64,000 nt of DNA, from assembly GCF_006345805.1 (NCBI RefSeq), contig NC_043014.1, forward strand, positions 11,098,001 to 11,162,000. Direction: 5' to 3'. The stretch's first letter is position 1, and every line of letters begins with the position of its first letter. A model generated the notes under the pieces. It saw nothing but the letters and a program-made list of their open reading frames with translations, was not told the DNA's origin and searched no databases. This document shows, in pieces, positions 60,477 through 64,000 of this stretch. The stretch is from Octopus sinensis. Lineage: Eukaryota. Position numbers and translations under genes: made by a program.

Positions 60477-60987
60477 CATCATCATCATTATTATCACCGA
60501 TGTTTAATTTACCCAGTCACACATAACTAAAAGAAGTTCGGGCAAAAAATATTTAAAAAAAAGAATTATCTCTCTTGAACACCATACACTTACCTTGCAC
60601 TATTTTCCGTGTTGAAAGAAGCATTAAAGTTATGGCAAGTTCCGCGGTGCTGTCGGCAATAACATATTTGGTGTTTCCAACTCGCAACCCTTTTTCTTTG
60701 GCCCATTTCAGATCAAGATTATCCACTCCCATTCCATGGTTTGAAATCACTTTCAGATTCGGCAGAGTTCGAATTAATTTGTTTATTTCTTTCGAATCTG
60801 GACCCGGTGTAACAATACCAGCGATGTCGTTCTTTATGCTTGGATTCTGTTGGATATCGTCCAGAAAAACGACTTGAAAACAATTTCTCAAGCGACTCAA
60901 ACATGTTTCAATAAAATTGCTCGTCACTTTGCTATTGCTTAGAGTCCGTAAGCAGACTAAAACTGAAGGTTTCGCTTCCATCGCCAT
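54528..60987 (-). CDS. GR4: 2-hydroxyacid dehydrogenase paralog, 332 aa, intact
   Basis: Exons 60987-60594, 56839-56665, 55576-55398, 54778-54528 (999 nt), GT-AG, in phase. GMGDIG, YHNRTQR, VNIARG, DVTEPEPLP, TPHCG. Confidence 0.93.
57133..57455 (-). mobile_element. RTE-clade LINE 3' end
   Basis: ORF 57455-57177: WETLAANRSSWRSAI...CPTCGRGFLARIGLTSHLRSH, followed by a short 3' UTR. Confidence 0.8.
57953..58269. mobile_element. MITE family B (GGTACTACT long TIR, 9-bp TSD)
   Basis: ~80-bp CpG-rich TIRs, AT-rich core; TSD TTCACATTG at 57944-57952 and 58270-58278. Related copies or ends at 41001-41251, ~40050-40140, ~57600-57645. Confidence 0.8.
59185..59500 (+). mobile_element. Second copy of the RLE-retrotransposon 3' end
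   Basis: TTMSDIQTTIEKASHWIWLKRD plus a 3' UTR similar to the reverse complement of 34620-34850. Confidence 0.55.
59620..59854 (+). mobile_element. CR1-like LINE 3' tail (same family as 41870-42095)
   Basis: Near-identical to 41870-42095, ends in (ATT)n. Confidence 0.68.
59855..60276. mobile_element. MITE family A copy
   Basis: Same TIRs and body, opposite orientation to 3759-4198. Confidence 0.78.
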
Positions 60988-61522
60988 ATTTAAATGCCAC
61001 GTCAGTCACAAATAGTCGTCGCTCTGTCGAATGAATTATGAGAGGAAATTCTCAGTTTATACCTCTTATCTTTTGCATATCACTTGTGTTGTTGTTGTTT
61101 CAAGTACATGACGATAGACGTGTAACAATTAATGAAGTATTTAATCAATGATAAGTTAAATCATGAACAAACACAATGTATGATGGTGGTAGTGATGCTG
61201 CTTCCTCTCTTGAAGTTACGCGTGACTGACCTTTAAGTTTATTATCAATTGGAAAAAGCGCGCGACACAGTGTGTGACCAAGGCCGTTCCATTTTGAAAT
61301 ACCTCTACAAACTTCCTGGCGGGTTACTTAACAGTAGCTGTCTGGGAAAGACTTCCGCCTGTCTCCCCACCCCCACCACTTTCTCCCAAATTTGTTTATT
61401 AAAATTTCTTTTTTTGCCCAAAACCCCCGTTTTTGGATACGGAGGTTCCGGAAAATTGCCAGAAATTTGCATTGTTAAATTCTCCCCTACCCAAATTTTC
61501 AATTTTGACATATTTCCCCAAC

Positions 61523-61740
61523 ACTAACCCTAACCCTAACACCCTAACTGCAACCCTAACCTTAAAATCCTAACCCTAAAACCCTAATTCTAATCCTAAA
61601 ATCCTAAACCTAAAACCCTAATCCTAACCCTAAAACTCTAACCCTAGAATCCTAACCCTAAAACCCTAACCCTAAGCCTAAAACTCTAACCCTAAAACCC
61701 TAACCCTAACCTTAACCCTAAAATCCTAACCCTAAAACCC
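61523..61740. repeat. Interstitial telomere-like CCCTAA/CCCTAAAA mosaic
   Basis: Degenerate CCCTAA units alternating with CCCTAAAA/TCCTAAAA. Confidence 0.8.
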
Positions 61741-62596
61741 CAAGTAACTACAGAAATGTTTTGAAATTTTGGTCGGAATCATAATGTCCATATTTTTCTG
61801 CATATTTAGAAAAAAAAGAAATTCTTAAAAAAAAAGTTACCAAAATGTTTGGAAATTCTTTTCAGAATCATAATCTCCATATTTTTTTGCATATTTTGAA
61901 AAAAAATATTGTGTAAAAATTTTTTAAAATGAGGGAAATTGGGGTAGCAGGTGGTAATTTAGAATGTCAATTTTTGTGCAGATTCGTATTCCCCGTAGCC
62001 AAAGGGGGGGGGGGGCTGTGTTGCAAAGAACAAAAAAAATTTTTTTAAACAGGCAGAAGTCTTGCCCCCATCTGCTCACTTTCTCACTCATTTTCTATAG
62101 CATCAACCTGAGGCTAAAGAAAATATGTCGTTTGCCTAAGATTAACAGTAGAGTCGAACATGGGACCTCGTATTTACGAACCGAACAGCTTAACCATTCG
62201 ACACTGGCTTAGCTGGCTGAAAATTCGAAGTCTCTATCAACAGCATTTTTTTTTTGTATTTAGCTGAAAAGATATCTTTAATGAAAATACATTTAAAAGC
62301 CACACATAGTAATTTGAAAGTTAAAGAAGCATAAATCCTTGACAATATTCAAGAGTTGAATAGATTTCTCTTTTAACAACAGGACAGTTACCACTGCAAA
62401 GATAAAGAGTACAAATGAATAAAAAAATTTTTTTTAATCAATCATCATTATCATCATCGTTTAACGTCTGCTTTCCATGCTAGCATGGGTTGGACAATTT
62501 GGCTGAGGTCTGGCGAGCCAGACTCCAATCTGATCTGGCAGAGTTTATACAGCTAGATGCCCTTCCTAATGCCAACCACTCCGGGAGTGTAGTGGG

Positions 62597-62830
62597 TGCT
62601 TTTACGTGCCACCGGCACAAGGGCCAGTCAGGCGGTACTGGCAATGGCCACGCTCAAATGGTGCTTTTTATGTGCCACCTGCACAGGAGCCAGTCCAGCG
62701 GCACTGGCAATGACCTCGCTCGAATGTTTTTTTCATGTGCCACCAGCACAAGTGCTAGTAAGGTGACGCAGGTAACGACCTCGCTCGAATGGTGTTTTTA
62801 ATGTGTCATCAGCATGAAGGCCAGCTTGTT
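62597..62830. repeat. Four ~66-bp tandem units inside a dispersed repeat (~62455-62830)
   Basis: GTGCCACC core at 62606, 62672, 62737 and a degenerate copy at 62803. Confidence 0.75.
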
Positions 62831-63130
62831 GCTCTGGCAACGATTAGAAATTTAATTTAGATGCCATTAAAAGGAGAGGGCAACTATTTTAAATGAAACA
62901 AAAGCTCAATTCCATTTTTGTTTTTCCCAATCGCTATGAAAAAAATTTTGTTCTATGAATAAAATTTTCTGGAATATTTTAAATGCAAAGCAGCAGGACC
63001 TAACTAAAGTTTTTTAAAACTATAAACACATGGGCAAGAGGTAGGACAAACATGGAAAAGAAAAAAGCATCAAATCAAATCAAACAAGAACGCTCAGAGA
63101 GTGCAAACCTCCACCAAGGCAACACCAATC

Positions 63131-63551
63131 GAATCTTTTCGGTTTGAATGGCAGTTTTTTCTAGCAGTGTCATATGAAATTGTCACCCATAATTATGACC
63201 CTAGTATCGATCTATTGCATTTCAATCTATTTTAGATTTAGGGTTAGTTAGGGTTAGGGTTAGGGGTATCTTTTTTTCTTCACAAATGTAAATAAACCCA
63301 ATCTGTTTCTTAAACGAGGGACATATTCATACGGCACAGAATGCTTTTTAACTCAATAGACGCCAGTGATTGGTTGAAATTGCAGAAATTGAAGAAATTA
63401 ATAACCAAATATCTTACAAACTATAGAATTTTCTCAGTAAAGCCAAGAGAAAAAGATGTTTTATAAACACATTCTACCAGTATACGAAATTTAAAATTTT
63501 TTAGTTACCTAGAAATTATGTTAAAAACTGCCGTTCAAACCGAAAAGATCC
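63131..63551. mobile_element. MITE family A copy
   Basis: Same TIRs and body; degenerate TSD caccaatc/caccaac. A partial copy lies at ~39700-39856. Confidence 0.78.
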
Positions 63552-64000
63552 CACCAACGTCCTCTCAATGATTAGCCGGGGATGATTTTTAAAATGAGAA
63601 TATCTGAAATAAACTTGACTGCTCTCATGAACGAGAATACTAAAAATGAATCTAACCGCTCTCAAAAATTAAGTAAAAAAAACACTGGCAAAATAATCCG
63701 GAATCCTTCTCTGGTACCGGATTGATCCCAAAATCTAATCCATTCATGTCGGTCACAGGGCCATACATACCTGAAAGTTTCATCCGAATCCATCCCATGG
63801 TTCTTGAGATATCCTGTCCACGGACAAACAAACAAACAAACATGACTGAAAACAATACCTCCACCTTCGCTAAGATGGAGATAATAATAATGGTTTTTTG
63901 AAAATATTATATTATATTGAATATAATCTGATATGGTCCCTATTTGGGGGCCAACATTATTAAACTGATTTTTCGAACGAGGTGAAGTGTTAGGGGCTTG

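Noticed and set aside
62110-62210. tRNA-like sequence on the minus strand
   Set aside because: Acceptor stem does not pair; most likely a decayed SINE head. The same applies to all SINE A-D heads.

Overview
AT-rich, microsatellite- and SINE-dense eukaryotic DNA; the repeat content looks like an octopus/cephalopod genome (inference, not verified). Genes: (1) a partial + strand matrix metalloproteinase (exons ~1743-8135, cysteine switch PRCGVSD, HEFGHALGLPHS zinc motif) that seems to end right after the catalytic domain; (2) a tandem cluster of four 4-exon, minus-strand D-2-hydroxyacid dehydrogenases of the glyoxylate/hydroxypyruvate/2-ketogluconate reductase type (GR1 17025-25618, GR2 33247-43196, GR3 46291-50824 with a frameshift, GR4 54528-60987). 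Introns and spacers hold decayed mariner and Tc1 transposons, CR1-, RTE-, RLE- and Penelope-like retroelement fragments, non-autonomous Helitrons, many MITEs and four tRNA-derived SINE families. The most striking non-genic signal is a set of hammerhead ribozyme motifs, led by two complete type I hammerheads 506 nt apart in a partial tandem repeat in GR2 intron 1 (retrozyme/Penelope pseudo-LTR-like; predicted 506-nt monomer/circRNA). Also notable: a 7-unit SINE-derived satellite with a ~52-bp flanking duplication at the GR2 start codon, an unidentified GC-rich 313-bp insert with a 19-bp TSD, a 362-bp inverted repeat with no mismatch seen, and a likely gene-conversion tract in exon 3 of the cluster. 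All alignments and folds were done by eye.
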